DNA from: Vicinamibacterales bacterium
GTDB taxonomy: Bacteria > Acidobacteriota > Vicinamibacteria > Vicinamibacterales > UBA8438
Reading direction: 5' to 3'
Length of the DNA: 64,000 bases
Assembly: GCA_965207265.1 (NCBI GenBank)
Contig: OZ242279.1
Span: 1,797,093-1,861,092 of the forward strand
Shown: positions 26,690 to 36,591 of the stretch, in pieces
Layout: every line of letters starts with the position of its first letter
Position numbering within the stretch: the first letter of the stretch is position 1
The notes under the pieces: generated by a model
Seen by the model: only the letters and a program-made list of their open reading frames with translations
The model's database searches: none
What the model was told of the DNA's origin: nothing
Translations under genes and position numbers: made by a program

Positions 26690-27436
26690 ATGCAGGTCTG
26701 GAACCCGGATCGGTACGCCACGCACGCGCGGTTCGTCTCCGACCTCGGGGCGCCGGTGGTCGATCTGCTCGACCCGCGGCCGGGCGAGCGCGTGCTCGAC
26801 ATCGGCTGCGGCGACGGCGCGCTGACGGAGAAGCTGGTCGATGCCGGCTGCCGCGTCGTGGCCATCGACGCCAGCCCGGAGCAGGTGCGGGCGGCCCGCG
26901 AGCGCGGGCTCGACGCGCGCGTGGCCGACGTTGCCGCCCTGGACTTCGACGGGGAGTTCGACGCGGCCTTCAGCAACGCCGTGCTGCACTGGATCCGGGA
27001 TCCGGACGCGGCGCTGGCGGCCATCCACCGGGCCCTCGCCCCCGGCGGCCGGCTCGTGGCCGAGCTCGGCGGCCATGGTTGCGTCGCATCGATCCGCGCC
27101 GCCTTCGGCGAGGTCCTCGCGAAGCGCGGGCTCGACGCGGAGCGGCTCAATCCGTGGTACTTCCCCACCGTGGACGAGTATCGCGAGCGCCTGCACGCCA
27201 ACGGCTTCGACGTCGACTCCATCCGCCTGTTTCCGCGCCCGACGCCGCTGCCGTCCGACGTGACCGACTGGCTGGAGACCTTCGCCCAACCCTTCCTGGC
27301 CGGCGTCCCGGACAGCGACCGGCCGGCCGTGCTGCGCGAGATGCGCGACCGGCTCGAGCCGGTGCTCGGCACGGCCGACGGCGGCTGGGTCGCCGACTAC
27401 GTCCGGCTCCGTTTCGCGGCCACCCGGCGGACGTAG
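26690..27436 (+). CDS. class I SAM-dependent methyltransferase (trans-aconitate methyltransferase-like)
   Basis: From ATG 26690 (MQVWNPDRYATHARF). SAM motif I VLDIGCGDGALT. FDAAFSNAVLHWI is typical of the Tam family. Confidence 0.85.
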   Translation: MQVWNPDRYATHARFVSDLGAPVVDLLDPRPGERVLDIGCGDGALTEKLVDAGCRVVAIDASPEQVRAARERGLDARVADVAALDFDGEFDAAFSNAVLHWIRDPDAALAAIHRALAPGGRLVAELGGHGCVASIRAAFGEVLAKRGLDAERLNPWYFPTVDEYRERLHANGFDVDSIRLFPRPTPLPSDVTDWLETFAQPFLAGVPDSDRPAVLREMRDRLEPVLGTADGGWVADYVRLRFAATRRT

Positions 27437-27442
27437 AGGAAC

Positions 27443-28798
27443 ATGCCGGCCGCACGGTCCGCGCCCGCCGGGACGACGCCGCCGCACTCCTGGGTCTGGG
27501 AACTCGCCCGGCTGGCTGTGTACGCCTATTACCGCATCGACCGCATCGGCGGCGTCCTGCCGGACGGCGCGCTGCTGCTGGTCGCCAACCATCCCAACAC
27601 CCTCATCGATCCGGCGGTCATCCAGACGACGGCGGGACGGCGCGTCCGCTTCCTCGCCAAGTCCACGCTCTTCGCGTGGCATCCGCTGAGCCCGCTGATC
27701 CGCCGCTCGGGCGCGATTCCGGTCTACCGGAAGATGGATCCGGGCGTGGACACCTCCCGCAACGTGGAGATGTTCTCGGCAGTCGCGGCGGCGCTGTCGG
27801 CCGGCGAGGCGATCTGCCTCTTCCCGGAGGGCACCAGCCATGCGCACGGCCGGCTCGAGCCGCTGCGGACGGGCGCCGCCCGCATGGTGCTCAACAGTGG
27901 CGCGGCGGGGCACCCGGTGACCATCGTGCCGGTCGGGCTCAACTTCGACGCATTGGCCCGGTTCCGCTCTCGCGCCGCGGCGGTCTTCGGCCGCCCGGTG
28001 GACTACGCGGACCTGGCCGAGAGCTACGGGCACGACGAAGCCGCCGCGGTGCGGACCCTCACCGACCGGATCGAGCAGCGCCTGAAGCACCTGATGGTCG
28101 AGGCGGAGCCGCGGCACGACCTGCCGATCGTCGAGCGCATCGACCGCCTCTACGCGGCCGCCCGCGGTGCGTCGCGCGACGCGCGGGAGCGGCTCGGCCG
28201 CCGCCGGCTGATCGCCGCGGGAATGGCCAGGCTGCGCGAGCAGGACCCCGCGCGGCTGGCCGAGCTGATGCGGCTGGTCGAGGAGCACCTGGCCAGCCTG
28301 GCCCGGTTCGGACTCCGCGAGCGCGACCTCGACCAGCGGATTCCGGCCGCCGAGGTGGTCCGCTTCGCGCTGCGGGAAGGGCTCCTGGCGCTGATCCTGG
28401 GTCCGCTGGCGCTCGCGAGCATCGTCGTCTTCGCTGCGCCGTACTGGCTCACCGACCGCATCGGCAGGTGGGCGCCCAACCTGCAGAGCCGGGCGGTGTG
28501 GCAGATCATCGGCGGGGGCCTGCTCCACGGAGCCTGGATCGCAACTATCGCTTCGCTGGCCGGCGCCCAAGCCGGGACCGCGACCGGCGTGGCCACCGGC
28601 TTCGGACTCGTGGCCCTGGCCGCCCTCGGCACGCTGGCCGTCGAGCGGGAAGCGGCCGTCTGGCGCACCACCCGCGCCTTCTTCACGCTGCGCCGGATGC
28701 CGCTGCGCGCCCGCGGCGCTCTGCGCCGACGACGCGCGGCGGTCGCCAACGTGCTCGACGACGTGCGCGCATGGGTCGAGCGCACGACGCGCTACTGA
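27443..28798 (+). CDS. lysophospholipid / 1-acyl-sn-glycerol-3-phosphate acyltransferase family membrane protein
   Basis: 451 aa. LLVANHPNTLIDP (acyltransferase block I variant) and CLFPEGTSH (block III). C-terminal TM segments. Confidence 0.75.
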   Translation: MPAARSAPAGTTPPHSWVWELARLAVYAYYRIDRIGGVLPDGALLLVANHPNTLIDPAVIQTTAGRRVRFLAKSTLFAWHPLSPLIRRSGAIPVYRKMDPGVDTSRNVEMFSAVAAALSAGEAICLFPEGTSHAHGRLEPLRTGAARMVLNSGAAGHPVTIVPVGLNFDALARFRSRAAAVFGRPVDYADLAESYGHDEAAAVRTLTDRIEQRLKHLMVEAEPRHDLPIVERIDRLYAAARGASRDARERLGRRRLIAAGMARLREQDPARLAELMRLVEEHLASLARFGLRERDLDQRIPAAEVVRFALREGLLALILGPLALASIVVFAAPYWLTDRIGRWAPNLQSRAVWQIIGGGLLHGAWIATIASLAGAQAGTATGVATGFGLVALAALGTLAVEREAAVWRTTRAFFTLRRMPLRARGALRRRRAAVANVLDDVRAWVERTTRY

Positions 28799-28849
28799 CG
28801 GACCGCCCCGAACCGCGACGCCGTGACGGTCCGCCCGCGCGAGAGGCTC

Positions 28850-29689
28850 TCAGAGCCCGAGCTGGGCCGCCATGTCGTTGAAGTCGGTGGCCACCAGGTC
28901 GAAATCGGGGTCCGGCGTCAGATCCCGCTCCACGTTCGGCCCGAACTCCGTCGGGCGCGGCACGTAGCCGGTGCGGAAACCGATCCGGGCGGAAGCGCGC
29001 AGATCGCCCTTGTGCGCGGCGACCATCATCACCTGCCCCGGCTCGAGTCCCAGCAGATCGGCGGCCGTCAGGTAGGCCTCCGGGTCGGGCTTGTAGTGAC
29101 GCGCGAGCTCGGCGGACAGCACCGCGTCCCAGGGGATCCCGGCGTTCTTCGCCATGTTGACGAGCAGCGCCACGTTCCCGTTCGACAGCGACGCCAGAAC
29201 GTAGCGCTCTCGCAGCCGCGTGAGCCCCTCGACGGTGTCCGGCCACGGCGTGAGACGGTGCCAGGCGCGGTTCAGGTGGTCCAGCTCGTCCTCGCTGAGG
29301 CTCTCGAGGCCGTACCTCGGCACGAGCTCGTCGAGGATCATCCGATGCAGAACGTCTATCTTGGTCCAGCCCAGCTCGCCGCGGCGCACCCGTCCCATCG
29401 CCGGCCCGTAGCCCGCCCGCCAGTCGTCGGCGAACGCGGCCCAGTCCGCCTCGATGCCCTTCGCGCGTCCCACCGCCTCACCCTCGCGGGTGATGCTGGT
29501 ACGCCAGTCGACCACCGTGCCGAAAACGTCGAAGGTCATCGCCCGGACCCCGCGCACCCGGTCGCTCAACTCCTGGCCCGCCGGCGGGAGGGCGAACGCA
29601 GCGGTGCGTGTGAAGGCCGCGGCCACGAGGGCCCCCGATCCGCTTGCCAGAAACTCACGTCGTCTCATCGCCCGGTCCACAGCTTGCAT
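28850..29689 (-). CDS. haloacid dehalogenase type II, Tat-exported
   Basis: FDVFGTVVDW .. SLSNGN .. AAHKGDL motifs. RRREFLASGSGALVAAAF is a twin-arginine signal. Start set at ATG 29689; alternatives are 29668 or 29800. Confidence 0.8.
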   Translation of the reverse strand: MQAVDRAMRRREFLASGSGALVAAAFTRTAAFALPPAGQELSDRVRGVRAMTFDVFGTVVDWRTSITREGEAVGRAKGIEADWAAFADDWRAGYGPAMGRVRRGELGWTKIDVLHRMILDELVPRYGLESLSEDELDHLNRAWHRLTPWPDTVEGLTRLRERYVLASLSNGNVALLVNMAKNAGIPWDAVLSAELARHYKPDPEAYLTAADLLGLEPGQVMMVAAHKGDLRASARIGFRTGYVPRPTEFGPNVERDLTPDPDFDLVATDFNDMAAQLGL

Positions 29690-29770
29690 CGCAGTCCTCC
29701 TGCTTCCGGTCATTCTCAGCCCTGGCCCCACAGTCGTCGCTGAACGCGACCACAAGCTCGCGCTGCGGCC

Positions 29771-29830
29771 GCCGATCGCCGCCCAACCGGGCCTGACCAT
29801 AGTCTACGCCGTCCACGGCGCAGACTGGCG
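29771..29830. repeat. REP-like hairpin element, copy A
   Basis: gccgatcgccgcccaaccgggcctgaccatagtctacgccgtccacggcgcagact matches the 44656-45644 copies. Contains the AGTCTACGCCGT / ACGGCGCAGACT inverted repeat. Confidence 0.7.
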
Positions 29831-29898
29831 GCGCCCGCGGCACCGGCCCTGCCCATGTCGGATGCCGGCCGTTCGGATAGAATCGTCGTCGACTCGAA

Positions 29899-31584
29899 AT
29901 GATGCATCCGCCAGCGGACCGAGGATCGGAGATGCGTCCGTTGCCGCGCGACGGTGAGCCGGCGTTGCGGCTCGAGGCCGGCGACGCCCGGACGCTCGCC
30001 GCCCTCTACGACCGCCATGCCGACGCGATCTACTCGCTGGCGATGCGGATCACGGGTGAGCCGGCCGACGCGGAAGCAATCGTGCGCGGGGTCTTCACCG
30101 CCGCCTGGTCGCAGGCCGAACGTCATCCGGGCAGGCCGGCGCCGGGCGCCCAGCGGGTGCTCGCGGCGGCGCGCATTCGCGCCATCGATCACGTGCGGGC
30201 GAGCCGTGCGACCGGTCAGGCCGCGCCGCCGGCCGCCGAGACTGCCGGGCGCGACGCGCCTCCCTCCGACGGGGAGGCGGGCGGCGCTCGACCGGGAGAC
30301 GTTGCGACACTGCACGTGCCCGATCCGGCCCAGGGCCCGAGCACCGGCGGCAGCCCGTCGGAGGAAGCTCCACGGTTGCGCGCGGCGTTCCGCGGACTGC
30401 CGCCCCTGGAGCGGCTCGCCCTCGAGCTCGCGTATTTCGAAGGCCTGACCATCTCGCAGATCGCGGCCGGGCTCGAGGAAGCCGCCGAGACTGCCAATGC
30501 GCGCATCCGGAGCGGGCTCGATCGTCTTGCTGGCCGCGCCCCCGCGGGCCCGCGCACGAGCGAGCCGCGGCCCGACATGCCTCCGACCCGCAATCTGGCC
30601 GGCCTCTATGCGCTCGGCGCACTGAACGCGAGCGAGCGGGGGGCGTTCGAAGCCCATCTCGAGGTGCACCGCGAGTCCGTGGACGAGGTGCTGTCGCTGC
30701 TGCCCGTCGCGCGGGGGCTCGCCCTGGCTGTGTCGCCGCACGAGGCGCCGGCCGAGCTGCGCGCAAGGGTCATCGAGAGCGTGACCGGCGCACCGCTTCC
30801 CGATCCCGTGGATGACGGCGGCAGGTCCGAACCGGTCGACGCGGGTGGCGGCGCGGGGCCCGCCGATGAGGTCGGCAGCGCCGCTCACGCGGCCGGAGCC
30901 GGCGAACGCCCGCCGCTCCTCGAGACGACCGCGCCCCTGGCGCCGACTCCGCCTCTCGAAGAGCGGAAGCAGCCCGCATCGAAGCCGACCGAACAGGAGC
31001 CGACCCCACCCATGCCGAAGCCGACGCCGGGCGCGCAGAAGAAAGGCGGGCGCTGGGCACTGCTGTCGCTCGCCGCCGGAAGCCTGGTCGTTGCCGGCGG
31101 CCTGGGCTGGTTCGCGGCCCGGCAGGCCAACCTGGCCGCTGCGTTGCAGGAGAACCTCGACGCGGCCAATACCCAGGCTCGCATCGCGGAGTTGGAGACG
31201 GCGGCGGCGCAACGTGTCGCCGATGGGCTCCGGGGAGGAGCGCGCGTACTTACGGCCAGCGACGTACAGCCGCTCGATCTCGACGGCCAGCCGGTCGCTC
31301 CCGATGCCCGCGGACGCCTGTTCTGGAGCACCACCGAGGGCGGGCTGCTCACGGCAACCGGCCTGCCGCCGGTACCGCCCGGACGGGTCTACCAGCTCTG
31401 GCTCATCCCGGACGCCTCGCCGCTGAGCGCAGCGATTCTGTCGGCCGACGCCGAAGGCCGCGTGATGGCGGCCGTCACCCCGCCGGAGGGCGTGACCGGA
31501 CCCGTCCCCGCGGCCGTGACCCTGGAGCCGGCCGGCGGCGCCGCTACGCCGGGCGGAGAAGTCTACCTGCTCGGCCGCCCCTGA
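29899..31584 (+). CDS. ECF sigma-70 factor fused in frame to an RskA-type anti-sigma domain
   Basis: 561 aa with no internal stop. Region 2-like LAALYDRHADAIYSLAMRITGEPADAEAIVRGVF. Region 4 LPPLERLALELAYFEGLTISQIAAGL. Then LAGLYALGALNASERGAFEAHL, a TM segment WALLSLAAGSLVVAGGLGWFAA, and C-terminal VYQLWLIP..AVTLEPAGG (anti-sigma-K RskA-like). Confidence 0.8.
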   Translation: MMHPPADRGSEMRPLPRDGEPALRLEAGDARTLAALYDRHADAIYSLAMRITGEPADAEAIVRGVFTAAWSQAERHPGRPAPGAQRVLAAARIRAIDHVRASRATGQAAPPAAETAGRDAPPSDGEAGGARPGDVATLHVPDPAQGPSTGGSPSEEAPRLRAAFRGLPPLERLALELAYFEGLTISQIAAGLEEAAETANARIRSGLDRLAGRAPAGPRTSEPRPDMPPTRNLAGLYALGALNASERGAFEAHLEVHRESVDEVLSLLPVARGLALAVSPHEAPAELRARVIESVTGAPLPDPVDDGGRSEPVDAGGGAGPADEVGSAAHAAGAGERPPLLETTAPLAPTPPLEERKQPASKPTEQEPTPPMPKPTPGAQKKGGRWALLSLAAGSLVVAGGLGWFAARQANLAAALQENLDAANTQARIAELETAAAQRVADGLRGGARVLTASDVQPLDLDGQPVAPDARGRLFWSTTEGGLLTATGLPPVPPGRVYQLWLIPDASPLSAAILSADAEGRVMAAVTPPEGVTGPVPAAVTLEPAGGAATPGGEVYLLGRP

Positions 31585-31654
31585 TCGGCCGCGGTTCGGA
31601 GCGGGAACCATCTCCCGCCTTGCGTCGTCTGCGCGGTTTCTGCGACGCAGACTC

Positions 31655-34369
31655 CTACCTTTCGGTCCCCAGGCTGAGCAGGTTCGCCAGCAGGGCGTAC
31701 GCACCGGTCGTTCCCGCGGGAAGTTGCCGCCAGAGACCGAGCCCGACGTAGATCCACCGCCCGCGGCCCGGCTCCGCTTCGACCAGGGCCCCGCGCTTGA
31801 GACCGGGGTTGTACTCGAACGTGTCCTCGAGCTCGACCAGATCGGCGTAACGCCGGTCGCGCTCGCCGAGGAAGTACAGGCCGCGCTCCTGCACCCATTG
31901 ATCCCAGGTCGCCGGACCGATCGGATTGGGCCAGGCGAACACGGGATGATCGTTGGCGAGGATACGGATGGGCGCCGCCTCGTCCGTCACCCGGTTGCGG
32001 CTGACGACGGCCGGATACGGACCGTACTGCGCCTGGTTGAACTCGAACTTGTTGTACTGCACGATGACCGTGCCGCCGTTGTCCGCGTACTCCAGCAGCC
32101 GATCGTTGTTCGCGCGCAGGTCCTGCCGCCGCTCGTAGGCGCGTACGCCGGTGACGATGACGTCGAAACGGGACAGGTCGCCCCACGCCAGATCGTCGGC
32201 GTCGATGAACTCGAGCCGTGCTCCGAGCTGCTCGATCGCCGGAGGCACGGCGTCGCCGACGCCCTCAACGTAGCCGACGAGCAGATCCGGCGCGATGGCC
32301 ACGTCGATCACCTTGAACGAGCCGCTGGCCGAGCGGCCGAGGTGCCGCCGCTCGATGTGGGGATACTCGATGACCTGGTAGCCGCGCTCGAACCTCTCGC
32401 CGCCGTTCACGACCGCCGCGCTCACGCTGTATTCGCCCGCCGCCGCTCCGCCCGCCTCCACGCTGAAGCGCACCGTGCGCGACTCGTCCTCGCGCGAGAA
32501 CCGCACCGGCACGGTCGCCGGAGTCGCACTCCACCCCGGGGGCAGATCCAGGGTGACGGAGCCCTCGGCCGCCTCCGGGGCGGTGTTCGTCACCGTTACG
32601 CGGACCTCACGCACGGCACCGGACCCGGTCGGGATGATCGCGATGTCGGGCGTCATGGAGACGGCGAAACGCGGCGCCACCTGCAGGTCCATCCGCTTCT
32701 CGGCCGTGAATACGTCGTCGACGTAGCGGTAGCGGACGGGCCGCTCCACCGCCAGGCGCGCCCGCCCCCCCAGCTCGATCTCGACCACCGCCCGGAACGG
32801 CGTCGGGCGGAACGGCAGCCCGAACGGCACGTCCGGATCCAGGGCGTAACGGTCCGCCCCTTCGACATGGCTCCAGTGGATGTCGGTGGTCCGCACGGCG
32901 GCGGGAATCCGCACCCGCTGATCGCAGACGTACACGCCGCCCGCGCCGATCGGCGCGGGCTCGCACGCCGCCTCGCCGTCGAAGCCGAGGAAACTGACAT
33001 CGCGGACGGTCACCCCGGAGCCGCCCCCGCCGGCGCCGTGGTTCGCCGCCCGCACGGTCACCTCCACCGACTGGCCGGGCGTCACGACGCCGTCGTCCGC
33101 GAACGCGTCGATGGACACCGCGAAGTCGAGCAGGACCGCCCGCTCGAACTGGCGTTCCTTGGCCGCCAACCGGAAATCGATCTCCCGCCGGGCGTCGGCG
33201 GACAACCCCAGTCCGGCGAGGCGGGCGCGCAGATCGCGCACCGCTTCCAGCCCCTCGATCAGCGGCTGGTGCCCCGGCCCGGACCTGCGGGCCGCCCCCC
33301 CGGCAGCCATGTGGAATCGTCCATCGCCGCGCTCGAAGGCCCGCAGGGCGTCGGATGCATAGCGGCCGATCAGTTCCAGCGTCCACACGAGCTCGCCGGG
33401 CGGATTCTCGCCGGCGAAGCGCGCCAGCCCTGTGATTGATGTGTCCACGCCGTCGAACAGGGAGGTCTCCACCGCCGCCGACTGCTCCGCGATGGTCGTC
33501 TCCACGAGGCGATACCGCCCGCCGGCCGCGCCGGACGGCAGCGCGACCAACTGGGAGGTGCCCTGGCACTTGTGCATGCCGCGCGCGCGGCTGCCGATCT
33601 CCGCCCAGGTCGTGCCGAGCAGCGGGTCGTAGCCGGCGAGGTCGACCGTGGCCACGTCCGGATCCGGTGTGGATCGGGAACGGAATCCCGGCGGGCCGCC
33701 CCCCCTCCCGAAGGGGAAGCCGACGCGGAAGTAGAACTTCGACGCCTGCCAGGGGGCCAGCCCCTCGGCGATCTGCTCCGGGAAGCGGTCCGGGTCGGCC
33801 GCCACGTGCCACGCCTCGCGGGCGAGCACGGCCGACGCCTGGTGATGCTGGCCCCCGCCGCGGCCTCCCGGCGGCAGGGCGGAGACGACATCGGGGCGGA
33901 TGGTGCGAATCATCCGCACGAAGTCGCCGAGGATCTCCTCGCGGCCCCACCGCTCGAAGGTCTCCTCGATGCTGAACGAGTAGCCGAAGTCGACGGCGCG
34001 CGTGAAGTACTGCTCGGCGCCGTCCAGCCGGTGCGCGGCGTGCAGCTCCTCGGTGCGCAGCACGGCCAGGGCATCGAACAGCTCGGCGCCGATCTCGTTC
34101 TGGCCGCCGTCGCCGCGCGTCGCCGACAGCAGCACGGCCCGGTGACCCTCCCCTCTCGACAATCGGGCCAGCAGAGCATTGTTCTCGTCGTCGGGATGGG
34201 CCACGATCGACATGAAGGAGCCGGTGCTGTTGAGCTGGCGCAGGGCGACTCCGAGCGCCTCCCGCCCTTCGCCCGACGCGAGCGGCTGCGCGTGGGCCGC
34301 TGTCCCGAAACCGCCGGCTCCTATCGCAAGCATCGCCCCGACCACGGCTGCGAATCGATGGATGTGCAT
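31655..34369 (-). CDS. PIG-L (LmbE) family deacetylase domain protein, large, exported
   Basis: 904 aa from ATG 34369 (MHIHRFAAVVGAMLAIGAGGFGTAAHAQ signal). VAHPDDENNALLARL..ATRGDGGQNEIG is the PIG-L motif. A long C-terminal region is uncharacterised. Confidence 0.8.
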   Translation of the reverse strand: MHIHRFAAVVGAMLAIGAGGFGTAAHAQPLASGEGREALGVALRQLNSTGSFMSIVAHPDDENNALLARLSRGEGHRAVLLSATRGDGGQNEIGAELFDALAVLRTEELHAAHRLDGAEQYFTRAVDFGYSFSIEETFERWGREEILGDFVRMIRTIRPDVVSALPPGGRGGGQHHQASAVLAREAWHVAADPDRFPEQIAEGLAPWQASKFYFRVGFPFGRGGGPPGFRSRSTPDPDVATVDLAGYDPLLGTTWAEIGSRARGMHKCQGTSQLVALPSGAAGGRYRLVETTIAEQSAAVETSLFDGVDTSITGLARFAGENPPGELVWTLELIGRYASDALRAFERGDGRFHMAAGGAARRSGPGHQPLIEGLEAVRDLRARLAGLGLSADARREIDFRLAAKERQFERAVLLDFAVSIDAFADDGVVTPGQSVEVTVRAANHGAGGGGSGVTVRDVSFLGFDGEAACEPAPIGAGGVYVCDQRVRIPAAVRTTDIHWSHVEGADRYALDPDVPFGLPFRPTPFRAVVEIELGGRARLAVERPVRYRYVDDVFTAEKRMDLQVAPRFAVSMTPDIAIIPTGSGAVREVRVTVTNTAPEAAEGSVTLDLPPGWSATPATVPVRFSREDESRTVRFSVEAGGAAAGEYSVSAAVVNGGERFERGYQVIEYPHIERRHLGRSASGSFKVIDVAIAPDLLVGYVEGVGDAVPPAIEQLGARLEFIDADDLAWGDLSRFDVIVTGVRAYERRQDLRANNDRLLEYADNGGTVIVQYNKFEFNQAQYGPYPAVVSRNRVTDEAAPIRILANDHPVFAWPNPIGPATWDQWVQERGLYFLGERDRRYADLVELEDTFEYNPGLKRGALVEAEPGRGRWIYVGLGLWRQLPAGTTGAYALLANLLSLGTER

Positions 34370-34392
34370 GGTTCTCCCAGTATAACGACGCG

Positions 34393-35586
34393 TCAGGATC
34401 CGGGGGATTGCGCCGGAATCGCCGCACCGTCCCGGACCGCCGCCGCGTCCTGGAGCAGCACGGCCTTGTAGAACGCCTCGTAGCGCGGCACGACCTCCTC
34501 GGCGCAGAAGTGATCGTGCACCCTCCGCCAACCGCCGGCCGCGATGCGGCGATGCAGCGCGGCGTCGGTCAGCAACCGGACCGCGCACGCGGTCATGCCG
34601 TCGAGGTCTTCCGGGTCGCGCAGGAAACCCGACTCGCCGTCGGTGATCACCTCGGGCAGACCGCCCACCCGCGACGCGACCACCGGGACCGAGCACGCCA
34701 TGGCCTCGAGCGCAGCGACGCCGAAGCTTTCCTGCGCCGAAGGCAGCAGGCACAGGTCCGCCACGGACAGGAGGGGCACCACCAGCTCCTGCTCGCCCAG
34801 CGGTTCGACGTCGCCCGCCAGACCCAGCTCCCGGGCGCGGCGGCAGGCCGTGGACAGGTCGGGGCCGTCACCCACCAGCAGCAACCGCGCCGGCACCTGC
34901 TCGCGGATGCGGCGAAAGAGCTCCACGACCGCTCCGACCCGCTTGACCGGCCGGAAGTTCGAGACGTGAATCACCAGCTTCGTGTCGGGTCGGCCACCGC
35001 GGTAACGGGACGCGAGGCCCTCGTCGGCGATCCGCCGGTGGTCCCGGCAGTCGAGAAAGTTGGGAATGACCTCGATCCGCGCCCGCACCGGAAGCTGGCG
35101 GTAGGTGTCGTCCCGCAGGCTGCCGGAGACGGTCGTGACGCCGTCCGACTGGTCGATGGAGAACGCGACGGTCTCCAGGTAGGACGCGTCGCTGCCGATC
35201 AGGGTGACGTCCGTGCCGTGCAGCGTCGTGATGACCCGGGGCACGTGGCCCTCGCCGGACGCGGCCAGGATCTGCCGCGCGAGATAGGCGGCGGTCGCAT
35301 GCGGCACGGCGTAGTGGGCATGGATGATGTCGAGCTGCGCCTCGCGGCAGACCTCGACTATCTTGTTGGCGAGGGTCAACAGGTACTGCGGCTCGCGAAA
35401 CAAGGGGTAGCCGGGCGTCCGGACGGCGTGAAACGCCAGCCCCGCCTGGAAGTTTCCCAGCCGCACCGGCGGTTCGCTGCTGATGAGCCGCACCTCGTGG
35501 CCGCGCCGCGCGAGACCCTTTGCGAGCTCCGTGGCGACGATCCCGCTGCCCCCGACCGATGCGTAGCAGACGATGCCGACGTTCAT
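34393..35586 (-). CDS. bshA: GT4 glycosyltransferase, BshA-like (N-acetyl-alpha-D-glucosaminyl L-malate synthase)
   Basis: 397 aa. MNVGIVCYASVGGSGIVATELAKGLARRGHEV and ITTLHGTDVTLIG closely resemble BshA N-terminal motifs as I recall them. Confidence 0.75.
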   Translation of the reverse strand: MNVGIVCYASVGGSGIVATELAKGLARRGHEVRLISSEPPVRLGNFQAGLAFHAVRTPGYPLFREPQYLLTLANKIVEVCREAQLDIIHAHYAVPHATAAYLARQILAASGEGHVPRVITTLHGTDVTLIGSDASYLETVAFSIDQSDGVTTVSGSLRDDTYRQLPVRARIEVIPNFLDCRDHRRIADEGLASRYRGGRPDTKLVIHVSNFRPVKRVGAVVELFRRIREQVPARLLLVGDGPDLSTACRRARELGLAGDVEPLGEQELVVPLLSVADLCLLPSAQESFGVAALEAMACSVPVVASRVGGLPEVITDGESGFLRDPEDLDGMTACAVRLLTDAALHRRIAAGGWRRVHDHFCAEEVVPRYEAFYKAVLLQDAAAVRDGAAIPAQSPGS

Positions 35587-35839
35587 GAGACGCTTTCTTC
35601 GGGGCGCGGCACCAGCCTGCCATCATCTGGCGCAACGTCCGATGACACCGGCGCAACGTCCGATGAGAATAGACGACCTTCGCCGGCCCAACGTTGCGCA
35701 CCCGCGGGACGAGCGCGGGCCGGTCTCATTCTACCGCGCGCCGGCGGGCGACCTGCGTTCCGCCTGCGGCAAGATCGGCCGCCCATCGCCCGGTACGGCA
35801 CGCATTCTGCAACCGACCGGAATCGAAGAGGAGGACCTC

Positions 35840-36427
35840 GTGAAGCGCAAGATCATTCGGACGGCCGCCGCGACCCTGCTTCTGACGCTGGCGGCCGGCG
35901 GCGCGGGAGCACAGACGCTGCTCGAAGTCGCCCGGCGGGAGAAGGCGCGGCGCGACGCGATTCCACCCGGGGAACGCTCCAGGATCTATACGAACGACGA
36001 CCTGCGCGACAGCGGCGGGCTGACCATCGGCGCGCTCCCGGCGGCGGACCTGCAGGAGGCCGATGCCGGGACCGGGCACGCCGGCCGCGGGGTGGACGAC
36101 AGCGGGGCGGCAACCGGGTCCGCAGCCGCGGAGACCGGCGACCTCCCGGGCGAGGACGACTGGCGCGCGCGCGCTACCGCGGCGCGGCAGGCACAGGAGC
36201 GCGCCGAGCTGATGGCCTCGGCGCTTCAGAACCGCGCGGACGGGCTGTGGGCGCAGTTCACCGGGATGGACGATCCCGCCCGGCGGCGGGTCGTCGAACG
36301 ACAACGCGCGGAGGCGCTGGCGGAGCTCGAGCGCACGCAGGCGGAAGCGGAGCGCTTCGAGCACGAGGTCCGCGACATCCGCGAGGCGGCGCGCCGCGCC
36401 GGGATCCCGCCGGGCTGGCTGCGGTAG
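35840..36427 (+). CDS. secreted hypothetical protein (coiled-coil C-terminus)
   Basis: GTG 35840 preceded by GAGGAGGA. Signal peptide KIIRTAAATLLLTLAAGGAGAQ. Confidence 0.6.
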   Translation: MKRKIIRTAAATLLLTLAAGGAGAQTLLEVARREKARRDAIPPGERSRIYTNDDLRDSGGLTIGALPAADLQEADAGTGHAGRGVDDSGAATGSAAAETGDLPGEDDWRARATAARQAQERAELMASALQNRADGLWAQFTGMDDPARRRVVERQRAEALAELERTQAEAERFEHEVRDIREAARRAGIPPGWLR

Positions 36428-36591
36428 TCCCACGATCCGCCTATAATCGTCAACCTGCGTTGCTCAACGCCGGAGCCGGGTTCATCGACGCTCACAGCGA
36501 GGGCAAGAGACCACGAACAGCCGCAACGGCTTCAGCAAGTCGTACGCGGCAGCCAACTGACGACCGGGGAATCCGGACACTGGAGCGCGGC

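Noticed and set aside
31621-31652. Terminator between the convergent sigma/anti-sigma and PIG-L genes
   Set aside because: Only two alternative 7-bp stems (TGCGTCG/CGACGCA or GTCTGCG/CGCAGAC) are present, with no T-run on either strand. This is too weak to annotate.
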